A stretch of DNA of 63,321 nucleotides from a virus (lineage: Duplodnaviria; Caudoviricetes): IMG/VR virus record IMGVR_UViG_3300042534_000414, positions 1 to 63,321 of that record. One strand, given 5' to 3'. The stretch's first letter is position 1, and the number at the start of each line of letters is the position of its first letter. A program made the position numbers and the translations under genes. The notes beneath the pieces are model-generated. The model worked only from the letters and a program-made list of their open reading frames with translations. It did not search any database and was not told the origin of the DNA. Shown here one piece after another: positions 10,085 through 18,335 of the stretch.

Positions 10085-10463
10085 TTGCGGTAATATACTG
10101 TTATGTGCAATTTTAAAAATACGACATCTTGCCAAATGGATTTTTACAATTATAAATCTTTTTTGCTGTTAAAGTTTCCCTCCAACCTTTTCCATATTTA
10201 ATATTTGCGTTTTGTCTTGCTTTCCCAATACCTACAATCTTTGCCTCTTTACCAATCTCACGAGAAATTTGACGCAAATATTTATCAATAATTTTCTCAT
10301 TTGTATTTGGCAGGTTCTCAATAAAAACTGCACATAACAGCACATTGCCGCAAGTGGGGGTTTCGTCTTTTAAATCAACATTTGTCATATTATTAAATTT
10401 AGTGTTTCAAATAAAGTTTAGTGGTTTAATGCCCCACCTTCGCCAAGCCCGAAAACGTTAGCT
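10085..10463 (-). mobile_element. attC-like elements flanking a small gene (integron-type gene-cassette architecture)
   Basis: Minus strand reads AGCTAAC (resolvase stop), an imperfect GTGGGG/CCCCAC palindrome, then GTTATGTGC at ~10338; the gene is followed by GCACATAAC at ~10108; 25-bp imperfect inverted repeat 10085-10109/10329-10353. Confidence 0.55.
10113..10388 (-). CDS. hypothetical protein whose N-terminus (TPTCGNVLLCAV) is encoded by the attC-like arm
   Basis: 91-aa ORF starting inside the palindromic element. Confidence 0.65.
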   Translation of the reverse strand: MTNVDLKDETPTCGNVLLCAVFIENLPNTNEKIIDKYLRQISREIGKEAKIVGIGKARQNANIKYGKGWRETLTAKKIYNCKNPFGKMSYF

Positions 10464-11108
10464 CCAATACCTTTGATATTCTTCTCTATTAATTATTTGG
10501 TATATTTTTTTGTAATTAGGTAAATTGTGCAACCTTTTTATTTCGGTTTTCTTCATTCCTGATTTAAGCATACCAATAATCGCTTTTACTTTCTCAATAT
10601 CCTCGTTCTCCTCCATGCCATTTTCACCCCATTTAAAGCCAAATAATGCAGTTCCTGTATATTTCTCTCCTCGCATTTTTTTACTTCTTAAAACTGAACA
10701 AGTACGCTCCGAAATAATGTTGCGTTCAAGTTCTGCAAAGCTACTCATCATGGTAACAAACCAACGCCCCATTGCAGTACCAGTATCAAGTGATTGTCCT
10801 CCCATGTCAACAAAGCAGATTGCACAATTCCTATTGGTAAAATCATCCAACGATCCTAAACAGTCCATTGTATTCCTAAACATCCTATCAAGCTTTAAGG
10901 TAACTATTCTGGCGTTCTTTAATACTTTTAGTTTCTTACCTCCTTCTCTAGAAAATAGCTTAACAGTTGCAGAAACATTTACATCAGTAATTACTTCCTT
11001 TATCTCAAAGTTATTGTACTTGCAATATGCCTCACAGCGTTCTTTTTGCATCTCTACCGAATTGTCCTGCATATCGGTACTTACTCTTATGTATATGTAT
11101 GTTTCCAT
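10458..11108 (-). CDS. small serine recombinase (resolvase/invertase family)
   Basis: YIRVST..Q catalytic motif, KLDRMFR, FAELER..ISERT. Confidence 0.9.
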   Translation of the reverse strand: METYIYIRVSTDMQDNSVEMQKERCEAYCKYNNFEIKEVITDVNVSATVKLFSREGGKKLKVLKNARIVTLKLDRMFRNTMDCLGSLDDFTNRNCAICFVDMGGQSLDTGTAMGRWFVTMMSSFAELERNIISERTCSVLRSKKMRGEKYTGTALFGFKWGENGMEENEDIEKVKAIIGMLKSGMKKTEIKRLHNLPNYKKIYQIINREEYQRYWS

Positions 11109-11110
11109 GT

Positions 11111-11503
11111 CTAATTGTGTATCGTTAATTTTATAAAAGCGGAAAATTCAGTTTTTATAAGTTATTGTTAATCATTCCTATGCGTAAAGCACTTTTGTGT
11201 TTCAAATGAAAATGTATTAGGTAAAAATGAAACTTCTTTTTTAAACCTTACACAATTACCATAATTCAACAACCCTCCACCATCAAACTGAAAAGTCATC
11301 TTTAACGCTTTGTTTAATTCTTGGGGAGTAATAGCTATCTTTATTGCGTGAGCCTTTCTTCTTTCAAAATCCTCTAATTGGATTTTTCTTCGCCATTCCT
11401 TCCACTTTTTAAACTTTTCTATATCTCTTACCATAAACTTACAATTGTTGCAGTTACAGTCTAATTTTTGCAGTTCTTCCATTTTACTAATTGTGTATCG
11501 TTA
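11111..11503. repeat. 17-bp direct repeat CTAATTGTGTATCGTTA (11111-11127, 11487-11503)
   Basis: Exact match; flanks ORF 11168-11482; each copy lies just upstream of a minus-strand ATG. Confidence 0.85.
11168..11482 (-). CDS. Cys-rich hypothetical protein
   Basis: CNCNNC...C...C possible metal-binding residues. Confidence 0.65.
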   Translation of the reverse strand: MEELQKLDCNCNNCKFMVRDIEKFKKWKEWRRKIQLEDFERRKAHAIKIAITPQELNKALKMTFQFDGGGLLNYGNCVRFKKEVSFLPNTFSFETQKCFTHRND

Positions 11504-11677
11504 TTTTTTATCTAATTCATTAAGGTAATCACAGTACATTTGAGCTTGTTTTTCATTGTTATGTGGCATAAGTATCACTAAATGTCCTTTACTATCTAAA
11601 ACAGCTCGTTTTTGCTTTTTACCTAACCTAAAAGGTGGTGTAAACTTTTCTTTATCGTATCTATTCTCTGTATCCAT
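11501..11677 (-). CDS. 58-aa hypothetical protein (not in the ORF track)
   Basis: Manual translation MDTENRYDKEKFTPPFRLGKKQKRAV...LNELDKK; fills an operon gap. Confidence 0.55.
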   Translation of the reverse strand: MDTENRYDKEKFTPPFRLGKKQKRAVLDSKGHLVILMPHNNEKQAQMYCDYLNELDKK

Positions 11678-11849
11678 ACTTTAATAGCTGCGGTAACATT
11701 CTCGAATACATTTTAGGCGTAAATTTAAACCTGCCACGTACTACCTGATCCCATGCCTCTCGCTTCATTCCTATCTCCAGGAAAAACCCTCGCTTGTTTA
11801 TTGCAGGTTGCTCCAGGAACTCTTTTACTTTTTCAAATACTTCTTCCAT
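11661..11849 (-). CDS. small hypothetical protein, possible HTH
   Basis: 62-aa ORF, operon-packed. Confidence 0.5.
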   Translation of the reverse strand: MEEVFEKVKEFLEQPAINKRGFFLEIGMKREAWDQVVRGRFKFTPKMYSRMLPQLLKYGYRE

Positions 11850-12111
11850 ATACCACCTTTTCGTAATCGTTTTTTAACTTTAAATAATTATCCATGTTTT
11901 TTGCTAACTTAACTAAATGGATTATGCTTGAATGATCCTTGCATAAAACATCGCCAATTGCATAAAATGTTTTTTTCCTTTCCCTAGCAATGTAGCTAAA
12001 TATAGCTCTTGCTCTAACCAGCTCTTCTTTTCTACTTTTACTCTTTACCTCTTCTACATCTAAACATAATATAGTACAGATGTTATCAAGCATTTTATCT
12101 AATTCCTCCAT
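11833..12111 (-). CDS. stand-alone DnaA domain IV (Bac_DnaA_C-like) DNA-binding protein
   Basis: SKSRKEELVRARAIFSYIAR...IGDVLCKDHSSIIH resembles the DnaA C-terminal signature (R...AR...Y..R...IG..F.RDHTTV.H). Confidence 0.8.
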   Translation of the reverse strand: MEELDKMLDNICTILCLDVEEVKSKSRKEELVRARAIFSYIARERKKTFYAIGDVLCKDHSSIIHLVKLAKNMDNYLKLKNDYEKVVYGRSI

Positions 12112-12182
12112 ATCCTTTATTTTTTGTAAAATTACACTATGTTTTTAAATTTCAAAACATTTTTTGATTGTATTTTTCTATA

Positions 12183-12476
12183 TTAGATTGCTTCTTCATA
12201 GATTTCCTCTAATTGTGCAACCTCCATTTTTTGGATTGCAAACCTCCACGTAGCAAAAGCAGGTTCTTGAAATCTATTTAATAATTTAAAGAATTTAGGG
12301 AAGTTATGTACTTCTTCAAGCAATACGCCTGTTACTATTCCATCGTTATTTAAAATAGCCCTAATTGTGTAAACTCTATCTTTTTTAATCCAGTTATCAA
12401 AATCTTTTTTAATCTCTTCTATTTTATCTGCATCAATTGTATCATTAATACAAATCACTTTACTTCCTATGTTCAT
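12183..12476 (-). CDS. hypothetical phage protein
   Basis: 97 aa, IGSKVICIND...YTIR beta-rich small-protein pattern. Confidence 0.65.
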   Translation of the reverse strand: MNIGSKVICINDTIDADKIEEIKKDFDNWIKKDRVYTIRAILNNDGIVTGVLLEEVHNFPKFFKLLNRFQEPAFATWRFAIQKMEVAQLEEIYEEAI

Positions 12477-12811
12477 AGCTGCACAATTTTAATTAGCGTT
12501 TTTTCTGTATCTGTAATGTATTCGTAAACATCGTTAGTAAAATACTGTATGTTTTCATGTAAACATTTAACAGCTTTTTCCCAGTTAGGAGTAACAAGTA
12601 ATAATTGTCCGGTGAGGTTGCACACTTTGAAATATAAATCCTTTTCTCTATGGCAGGTAACTATTCTATATTCACCGAAGAAGCGTTGTTTATCACAAGG
12701 GCGAAAATCTGATCGTTTTAATCCTTTACCAACAAAATCTAAAACTTCCTGCCAATATTCTGCAACTTGCACAATTTGGTTCTTTGTATTAAACACTTTA
12801 TAATATATCAT
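12473..12811 (-). CDS. hypothetical protein
   Basis: 112 aa with an internal duplication (YYKVFN..NQIV / YFKVCN..GQLL). Confidence 0.6.
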   Translation of the reverse strand: MIYYKVFNTKNQIVQVAEYWQEVLDFVGKGLKRSDFRPCDKQRFFGEYRIVTCHREKDLYFKVCNLTGQLLLVTPNWEKAVKCLHENIQYFTNDVYEYITDTEKTLIKIVQL

Positions 12812-12892
12812 AGTATAATAAAATCCGCTATAATATTAATAAATAAACCTATTACAAATCCGTATAGGAATATAAGTAGTTCTTTTTTCATT

Positions 12893-13090
12893 TTATAAAT
12901 ATCTAACTAATAAATAAATAATTATTTGCAACCACGTACCAACAGTCATACCCCATAGAAACATATTCCAGTTACGGTACTTCATTGCTTTTTCGATTAA
13001 TCTTTTTTCAACTGTAAAATTACTAAACGAAAAATAATCTTTGTCAAACTCTTCGATTAATACTTTTTCTATAAATTTTTCTTTTTTCAT
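12893..13090 (-). CDS. small membrane protein
   Basis: C-terminal hydrophobic helix. Confidence 0.55.
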   Translation of the reverse strand: MKKEKFIEKVLIEEFDKDYFSFSNFTVEKRLIEKAMKYRNWNMFLWGMTVGTWLQIIIYLLVRYL

Positions 13091-13240
13091 TTTCTTTCTC
13101 GTTTAAATATTAAAAAAGTCAAGCTCCAAAATAAAAAGCCAATTGAAATATAAAGTCTATAATTTTGCCAGTCTAATGTTCTACAAATTGAAAAATTAAA
13201 CTCTATTCCGTTAAAATCTTGAAAAAAACTTATTTTCATT

Positions 13241-13591
13241 TTATTTTAAATTAATAATTTTTTCCAAATCAACACTATCAAGCACCGCATCGAGTTTGTC
13301 TATTAAAGCGTCTGTAACCTCGTCTGTTAAGGTGTTGCGCATTGACTTTTCAATTCTACCCAAAACGATTGTAGTTGTATCCATTGTAAGGGTTAAATTT
13401 TTCATAGCATCCTTAATTTTTTTATCTACTACTTTTTTGTTTGGAATACTTAAAGTATCGTACTTGTATTGCTGCTTCAATACTTGTATATTCGCATCCT
13501 GGATCGTTTTTTTACAACCTTTAATGTAAAGGCTAGTAATTGCACAAAGTGCGCTTAAACGTGTGATATTGTCTTTTTCTTCTTTACTCAT
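13241..13591 (-). CDS. hypothetical protein
   Basis: 116-aa ORF. Confidence 0.6.
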   Translation of the reverse strand: MSKEEKDNITRLSALCAITSLYIKGCKKTIQDANIQVLKQQYKYDTLSIPNKKVVDKKIKDAMKNLTLTMDTTTIVLGRIEKSMRNTLTDEVTDALIDKLDAVLDSVDLEKIINLK

Positions 13592-13892
13592 TTTCCTTAT
13601 CCTTTATTTGCTCAATTAAATTATACTCTATTGCTTCCTTAATATCGTATTTCGGCTTAATACGTCGGTTTTCAGTATCGAAAAATTCCATATCCGTAAT
13701 TTCCACATCAATCCAATTTTCAATCGGTGTAGTATATCCATCGCCTGTTTCATACTTATCAACAGTAAATTCAAAATTAACAGTGCCGTCGAAAACAATG
13801 CTTTCAAAACTGCAATTATCAGCGCCATAAACTAAGACCGTTGCATCGCCTGATTGTGCGCCTATGTTGTAATCGTGTAATTCTACTTTCAT
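13584..13892 (-). CDS. hypothetical protein
   Basis: 102-aa acidic ORF. Confidence 0.6.
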   Translation of the reverse strand: MKVELHDYNIGAQSGDATVLVYGADNCSFESIVFDGTVNFEFTVDKYETGDGYTTPIENWIDVEITDMEFFDTENRRIKPKYDIKEAIEYNLIEQIKDKENE

Positions 13893-14098
13893 TTTAAATA
13901 TTCTTTTAGTTTATTTTCGTAAATAACAGTCTTAAATTCGCGCTCCCAGTAATTTCTTCCATCTGGTATTTCTAGGATTTTGTTCAATTTCTGCCTTATG
14001 TGTTCGTGATATTCCAATTGTGCATGATCCTTTTTTTCTACTCCTGGTTTATTAGTAGATAACTGCAATGGAATAAGTAGTAGTGTGATTAACTTCAT
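13889..14098 (-). CDS. hypothetical protein
   Basis: ORF 13889-14155; ATG at 14098 preferred. Confidence 0.5.
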   Translation of the reverse strand: MKLITLLLIPLQLSTNKPGVEKKDHAQLEYHEHIRQKLNKILEIPDGRNYWEREFKTVIYENKLKEYLK

Positions 14099-14117
14099 TT
14101 GATTTAGTTTATTCTTG

Positions 14118-14531
14118 TTATTTAATAAGAGTATAAATTTCATTAGAAAAATCAATAGTTTTATTTTTAATAAAAATTTTGTAGCCTATTATTTTACCAT
14201 CATTTTTTCTAACTCTAATAAACGCTTTGCCTGTCCAATCAAAAACAAATCCAACATTTATCCAGTGAAAATAAGCATCAAAAAGTCCTTCTTTAAATCT
14301 ATCAAGTCTTTTTATTGCACTTATAGTTCTTATTATATTTTCGGCAAATTCTTCTTCATTAAATCCGCTTACGCTTTTTTCTTTTTGGATTACTATTAAT
14401 ATGCTTTCTTTATATTCTTTAGCTATTAATTTGCAAGTATGCAACTGATCATTGTTATCTGTTATAAACGTTTTATAGAAATGCCTAAACCTTTTATCAT
14501 GTAATGGTACTAGCATATTGTTGTTTTCCAT
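14118..14531 (-). CDS. hypothetical protein
   Basis: 137-aa ORF downstream of a candidate promoter. Confidence 0.6.
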   Translation of the reverse strand: MENNNMLVPLHDKRFRHFYKTFITDNNDQLHTCKLIAKEYKESILIVIQKEKSVSGFNEEEFAENIIRTISAIKRLDRFKEGLFDAYFHWINVGFVFDWTGKAFIRVRKNDGKIIGYKIFIKNKTIDFSNEIYTLIK

Positions 14532-14560
14532 ATTTAATTAAGTTTAATTGTTTGCTTGGA

Positions 14561-14590
14561 CAAAGATAGTTTTTCTTTTCGTTTTTCAAA
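14561..14590 (-). promoter_or_regulatory. Bacteroidota sigma70-type promoter
   Basis: Minus strand TTTG-N18-TATCTTTG upstream of the ORF starting at 14531. Confidence 0.55.
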
Positions 14591-14769
14591 ACATTTGTTT
14601 GATATTTATTTTCTATCGGAATTGTGTAATGATATAGATTTTCTCTATTCCTTTTTTTTTGTTTTTCTTGGGTTTATACAAAAAAAAATTTAGGTAAGCT
14701 ATTCGCAAACCTTCTTGTTTTGTTGTCAGAAATTGTAACTACTTTAACGATTCCCTAAAGCTATTTACT

Positions 14770-15792
14770 TTAGTTTTTATTCGCTAGAGATTTATTCATA
14801 TAAATATCGTATAAAGGATTACTCTTGTTAATAATAGTAAATTCTTTAGTACATTTATTTAAATTAAAATCTCTTTGTGAGTAATAACCATATTCGCTTG
14901 TTCTTTGATCCATATTAGCAAATAATTCTAACATATTCTCATTAAATGAAGCGTTATATTTAAAACCCACATTAGCGTTTTTCTTTACCTTTGATACTAA
15001 TACTCCAACATTATTGTTATAGTCGCTTACAGAGGCAAATTCTACTTTATTAGGTAGTTGCATCCATAATTCGCCTCTTCCATTAATAAAAGCAGAACTA
15101 TCAAGGGCGTTTAAGCAGTTTCTATCGCCACTATCAGATATTTTAACCATGCGAACATTATCTTTTACTAACAAAGCCATTTCCTTACATTTTTTAAGTG
15201 CGTTGGTTCCGGATGTAGCAGAAGATTTGTTAATCATTTTAGAAACACCTGCCCTAGAAACAGTAATATCAGAATTTTTCCCAAAAGTTTTTACATTGCG
15301 CTCATTATGTAAAACATCTAAACCAGCAGGTTTATTTGCTTTAATAATTTTCGTTAAATCTTTGCCAATGTAATCAATTTTTTGGATAAATTTATATCCC
15401 TGTTGTTCTAAGTTTTGGTTAGCGATAGTAGAGAACATTGCAACCCATGTATTTTTACCTACATAGTGAATGTTATTACCGTATTGATTTTCTTTCAGTC
15501 CAAATTGTGCAAACAGCTTTTTATTAGAAACGAATCTAAGATCCTTTCCATTTTTATCTTCTGTAACCCAACCAAGAGCGAAAAGTTTTTTTATCATCCT
15601 ATGAGTAGTTGAAGTGCTGCAACCCATTATTGCTGTCATTTTTGCTACTCCTAGTTCTGATTTATAATTAAACATTGATGAATGAACTTTTTTCCAAACT
15701 CCAAAAAAAAGATATTCCTTAACTAAGTTGTTCTCAAACAACTGTTTAGTTAATTCTGGAAAGGCTTTAATTTTTAGATTAGTGTTGTTCAT
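14770..15792 (-). CDS. winged-helix protein, putative replication initiator (Rep-like)
   Basis: GVAKMTAIMGCSTSTTHRMIKKLFALGWV wHTH and a second HTH-like segment (VSRAGVSKMINKS); stand-alone gene with its own promoter (TATATTTG, minus, 15819-15826). Confidence 0.5.
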   Translation of the reverse strand: MNNTNLKIKAFPELTKQLFENNLVKEYLFFGVWKKVHSSMFNYKSELGVAKMTAIMGCSTSTTHRMIKKLFALGWVTEDKNGKDLRFVSNKKLFAQFGLKENQYGNNIHYVGKNTWVAMFSTIANQNLEQQGYKFIQKIDYIGKDLTKIIKANKPAGLDVLHNERNVKTFGKNSDITVSRAGVSKMINKSSATSGTNALKKCKEMALLVKDNVRMVKISDSGDRNCLNALDSSAFINGRGELWMQLPNKVEFASVSDYNNNVGVLVSKVKKNANVGFKYNASFNENMLELFANMDQRTSEYGYYSQRDFNLNKCTKEFTIINKSNPLYDIYMNKSLANKN

Positions 15793-15866
15793 TAATGCAA
15801 GGTATTAATTATAAGTTACAAATATAAAAAATAATTTGCTTTTAATGAAATTTTTATTGTAAATAG

Positions 15867-16052
15867 TTTGCGCATATAGAAAAAATACATAACTTTGTGT
15901 CATCATGTTCGCAAGGTGTGATTATGTGGGGAGGTTTAACTACTGGTTATCTCTCCCCACTTCTTCAAATCGCTCAAGTTTTCCATATATAATTTTGAGG
16001 TTGTTTTTTTTGTTTGCTAAAAGCCAAAAGGGAGGATAAAACCTCCCTTTTT
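15867..16052 (+). ncRNA. candidate small structured RNA (promoter, hairpins, terminator, no ORF)
   Basis: TTTG-N19-TAACTTTG (15867-15897), GCAA-loop hairpin, GTGGGGAG/CTCCCCAC stem, terminator at 16026-16052. Confidence 0.4.
16026..16052. terminator. bidirectional intrinsic terminator
   Basis: AAAAGGGAGG-ataaaa-CCTCCCTTTTT. Confidence 0.75.
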
Positions 16053-16072
16053 ACGTTTAAATAGTTTAATGA

Positions 16073-16684
16073 TTAATTTATTTTACTAGATATATTCGTT
16101 TGAATCCACTTTTTTAAATAATCAATTTCATTTATTAATGATTTAACTTTTTCTTCTTGCCCTTCATCAAAACCTGAAATAAAAGCGTTAATTAATATTG
16201 TAAATAAATCAAAAATAAGATCCATGACATTCCTTAATTTTACAACATAAATATCATTATTTAGATATAGCTTAATTTTATGTGAAACTTCCATCATTTC
16301 ATCAAAATGATTATTCATAAATCTTTCACACTCTTTTATAGCGTTTGTTTCTTTTTTCTCAATTTTAGATAAAGTTTTGCTTATGTTTTCTTTGTGTTTT
16401 ACATAATTTTTTTCAAGCCAAAAAGATAATTCATCTATTTTTAATTCCTCTTTTTTTATTAAATCTAACAAAGTTTTTTTATTAATCTGGAGTATGAATA
16501 GTTCGTTGGTTAAACTTAGTAAAGTTAATGTAGAGTTTAAAAGTTCTGTTTGTTTTATAAATCTTTCTTTTGGATTAAAATTAAACTTATTTGGATTACG
16601 GTATAGATACCTATTATTTAAAACTAAAGTTGATATAGCTTTAAAATAATAATCCATTTCCTGTTCGTATTGTTCCTTTTCCAT
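16073..16684 (-). CDS. hypothetical protein
   Basis: 203-aa helical ORF. Confidence 0.65.
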   Translation of the reverse strand: MEKEQYEQEMDYYFKAISTLVLNNRYLYRNPNKFNFNPKERFIKQTELLNSTLTLLSLTNELFILQINKKTLLDLIKKEELKIDELSFWLEKNYVKHKENISKTLSKIEKKETNAIKECERFMNNHFDEMMEVSHKIKLYLNNDIYVVKLRNVMDLIFDLFTILINAFISGFDEGQEEKVKSLINEIDYLKKWIQTNISSKIN

Positions 16685-16818
16685 TACAATTTATTAATCA
16701 GGTAAGTAATTAATGCGCTAAGGTTTTCTTTACCTAAAATCTCTTTAGATTTTTGTTTAGCTTTTTTCTTCATTTCCTCATCCAGGTAGATAAGTGTTCT
16801 GTTTTTAGTGTTTGACAT
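16684..16818 (-). CDS. 44-aa ribbon-helix-helix (Arc/CopG-like) regulator (not in the ORF track)
   Basis: MSNTKNRTLIYLDEEMRKKAKQKSKEILGKENLSALITYLINKL: alternating beta strand, helix, then NLSALI helix; stop overlaps the next ATG. Confidence 0.6.
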   Translation of the reverse strand: MSNTKNRTLIYLDEEMKKKAKQKSKEILGKENLSALITYLINKL

Positions 16819-16912
16819 AAAATTAAAGTTTTAAATTGTGTGTAAATATATACAATAAATTGATTAAATATATACTATGTTGATAAAAATTGTTTAAGGT
16901 TGCTGCACAATT

Positions 16913-17125
16913 TTACTCTTCATACCCATATTTATTTTTAAGTATTTTTTTTATCTGTGCCACCTTAAAAAATGTTCGTTGGTATTCTAGCATGAACAGG
17001 ATATATTCATTTGAATTACGGACATATTTAGAGGCGTTAATATATTGTTCCTTTTCAATCCTTAGCCTACTTAGTATTTTTGTTTGCTTTTCTAGCTCCA
17101 CCACGTAGTCTAATTGTGTAGCCAT
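16913..17125 (-). CDS. hypothetical protein
   Basis: 70-aa ORF. Confidence 0.55.
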   Translation of the reverse strand: MATQLDYVVELEKQTKILSRLRIEKEQYINASKYVRNSNEYILFMLEYQRTFFKVAQIKKILKNKYGYEE

Positions 17126-17126
17126 G

Positions 17127-17417
17127 TTATTTTATTAAAGTTTCTTTGTGCTTTTTATTGGCAGCATCTCTTTTATCTTGGTATTCCTTTTGAATTTCCT
17201 TTTTAAATTTTTTCACGCCAATTTGATTAATGGATCTTAACAAGGACCAGTATTTATTCCATTGCTTTTTAGTTTCTATGTATTCAGGCGTTTTTCTAAT
17301 AACATCTGGCACCAATCCCATTTCATTTTTCGGGAAGGAGTAGAGGCGATTTTCAATTTCTTGCAAAGCTGCATCAATTTCGCCTTTTATCTTTTTATAT
17401 TCCTGATAGTTTTCCAT
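17127..17417 (-). CDS. hypothetical phage protein
   Basis: 96 aa, FPKNEMGLVPD.IR.TPEY motif. Confidence 0.65.
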   Translation of the reverse strand: MENYQEYKKIKGEIDAALQEIENRLYSFPKNEMGLVPDVIRKTPEYIETKKQWNKYWSLLRSINQIGVKKFKKEIQKEYQDKRDAANKKHKETLIK

Positions 17418-17671
17418 AGCTTATTTTTTCTTAAAGATTGATACACAATTTATCCAGACAATAACCAATACCCCATACAGGTAAATAGTTTCTATTACTG
17501 AAAGGATATTTTTTTTGATTCGATTAGTTCCCATAGTTTATTTGTTTTGATTTTTACTAATTGTGCAAGCTCCTGGACTTCCTTTATGGTTAAATCATCA
17601 TTTAAAGGCGTGTAGGTTCGCTTTAGTTTATCTAAAGGTATGTTTACCATACTAGCATATATAATCATGGC

Positions 17672-17854
17672 TTAAAACTTAAATGATGAGTAAAAAGGAT
17701 TTGATATATGTTTACGCTTGAAAAAATCCTTTAATTTTTCTGCATTAATCCTCTGATCGTTTGTTTCACAAGAAACAATACAGTTTACCACTTTAATATA
17801 ATCCTTTTGGATTGATATTAATTTTTTATTGAATAGTTGATTTTCAGTTATCAT
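17672..17854 (-). CDS. hypothetical protein
   Basis: 60-aa ORF. Confidence 0.5.
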   Translation of the reverse strand: MITENQLFNKKLISIQKDYIKVVNCIVSCETNDQRINAEKLKDFFKRKHISNPFYSSFKF

Positions 17855-17856
17855 GT

Positions 17857-18027
17857 TTAGTTTAGATTTACAAAGTTTTTAATTAATTCGTACAAAGTAA
17901 TTTCGTAAATGTAATTACGCTTTGCGCCAATAGTTTTTACGTTTTCCATTTCCTCAATAGTAGCCAGTAGATAATCCTCCGCAGCAAGTACGGAGGCTAT
18001 TTGTAGATTTGTATCAAAATTTGCCAT
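17857..18027 (-). CDS. 56-aa hypothetical protein (not in the ORF track)
   Basis: Manual translation MANFDTNLQIASVLAAEDYLL...NFVNLN; preceded by a poly-A leader. Confidence 0.5.
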   Translation of the reverse strand: MANFDTNLQIASVLAAEDYLLATIEEMENVKTIGAKRNYIYEITLYELIKNFVNLN

Positions 18028-18058
18028 ATTTTTTTTTTTTTATTAAAGTTAATCAATT

Positions 18059-18277
18059 TTAATCTTTAAACATAAAGTTTTTAAACTCATCATCAAAGAA
18101 AAAAGTGTCCTGCCGCCACTTACCATTTAGGAAAAAACATCCCTCTGCTTTATAAGTTTTTCCTAAATGATATTTTTGCTCATCAGGATTAATTTTGCTT
18201 ACAGTATCTTTAATGTAATGTATTTTATCAAAAACTAATGCGTTATCAAATTTATTACTTTTTTTAGGTTTTTTCAT
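18059..18277 (-). CDS. hypothetical protein
   Basis: 72-aa ORF. Confidence 0.55.
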   Translation of the reverse strand: MKKPKKSNKFDNALVFDKIHYIKDTVSKINPDEQKYHLGKTYKAEGCFFLNGKWRQDTFFFDDEFKNFMFKD

Positions 18278-18313
18278 TGCTTAAATTTTTAGTTGTTTAT
18301 ACTTGTTTAATTA

Positions 18314-18329
18314 AGCCCCCGGAGGGGCT
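18314..18329 (-). terminator. hairpin/terminator after the clamp-like gene
   Basis: AGCCCC-cgga-GGGGCT. Confidence 0.55.
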
Positions 18330-18335
18330 GTGAAT

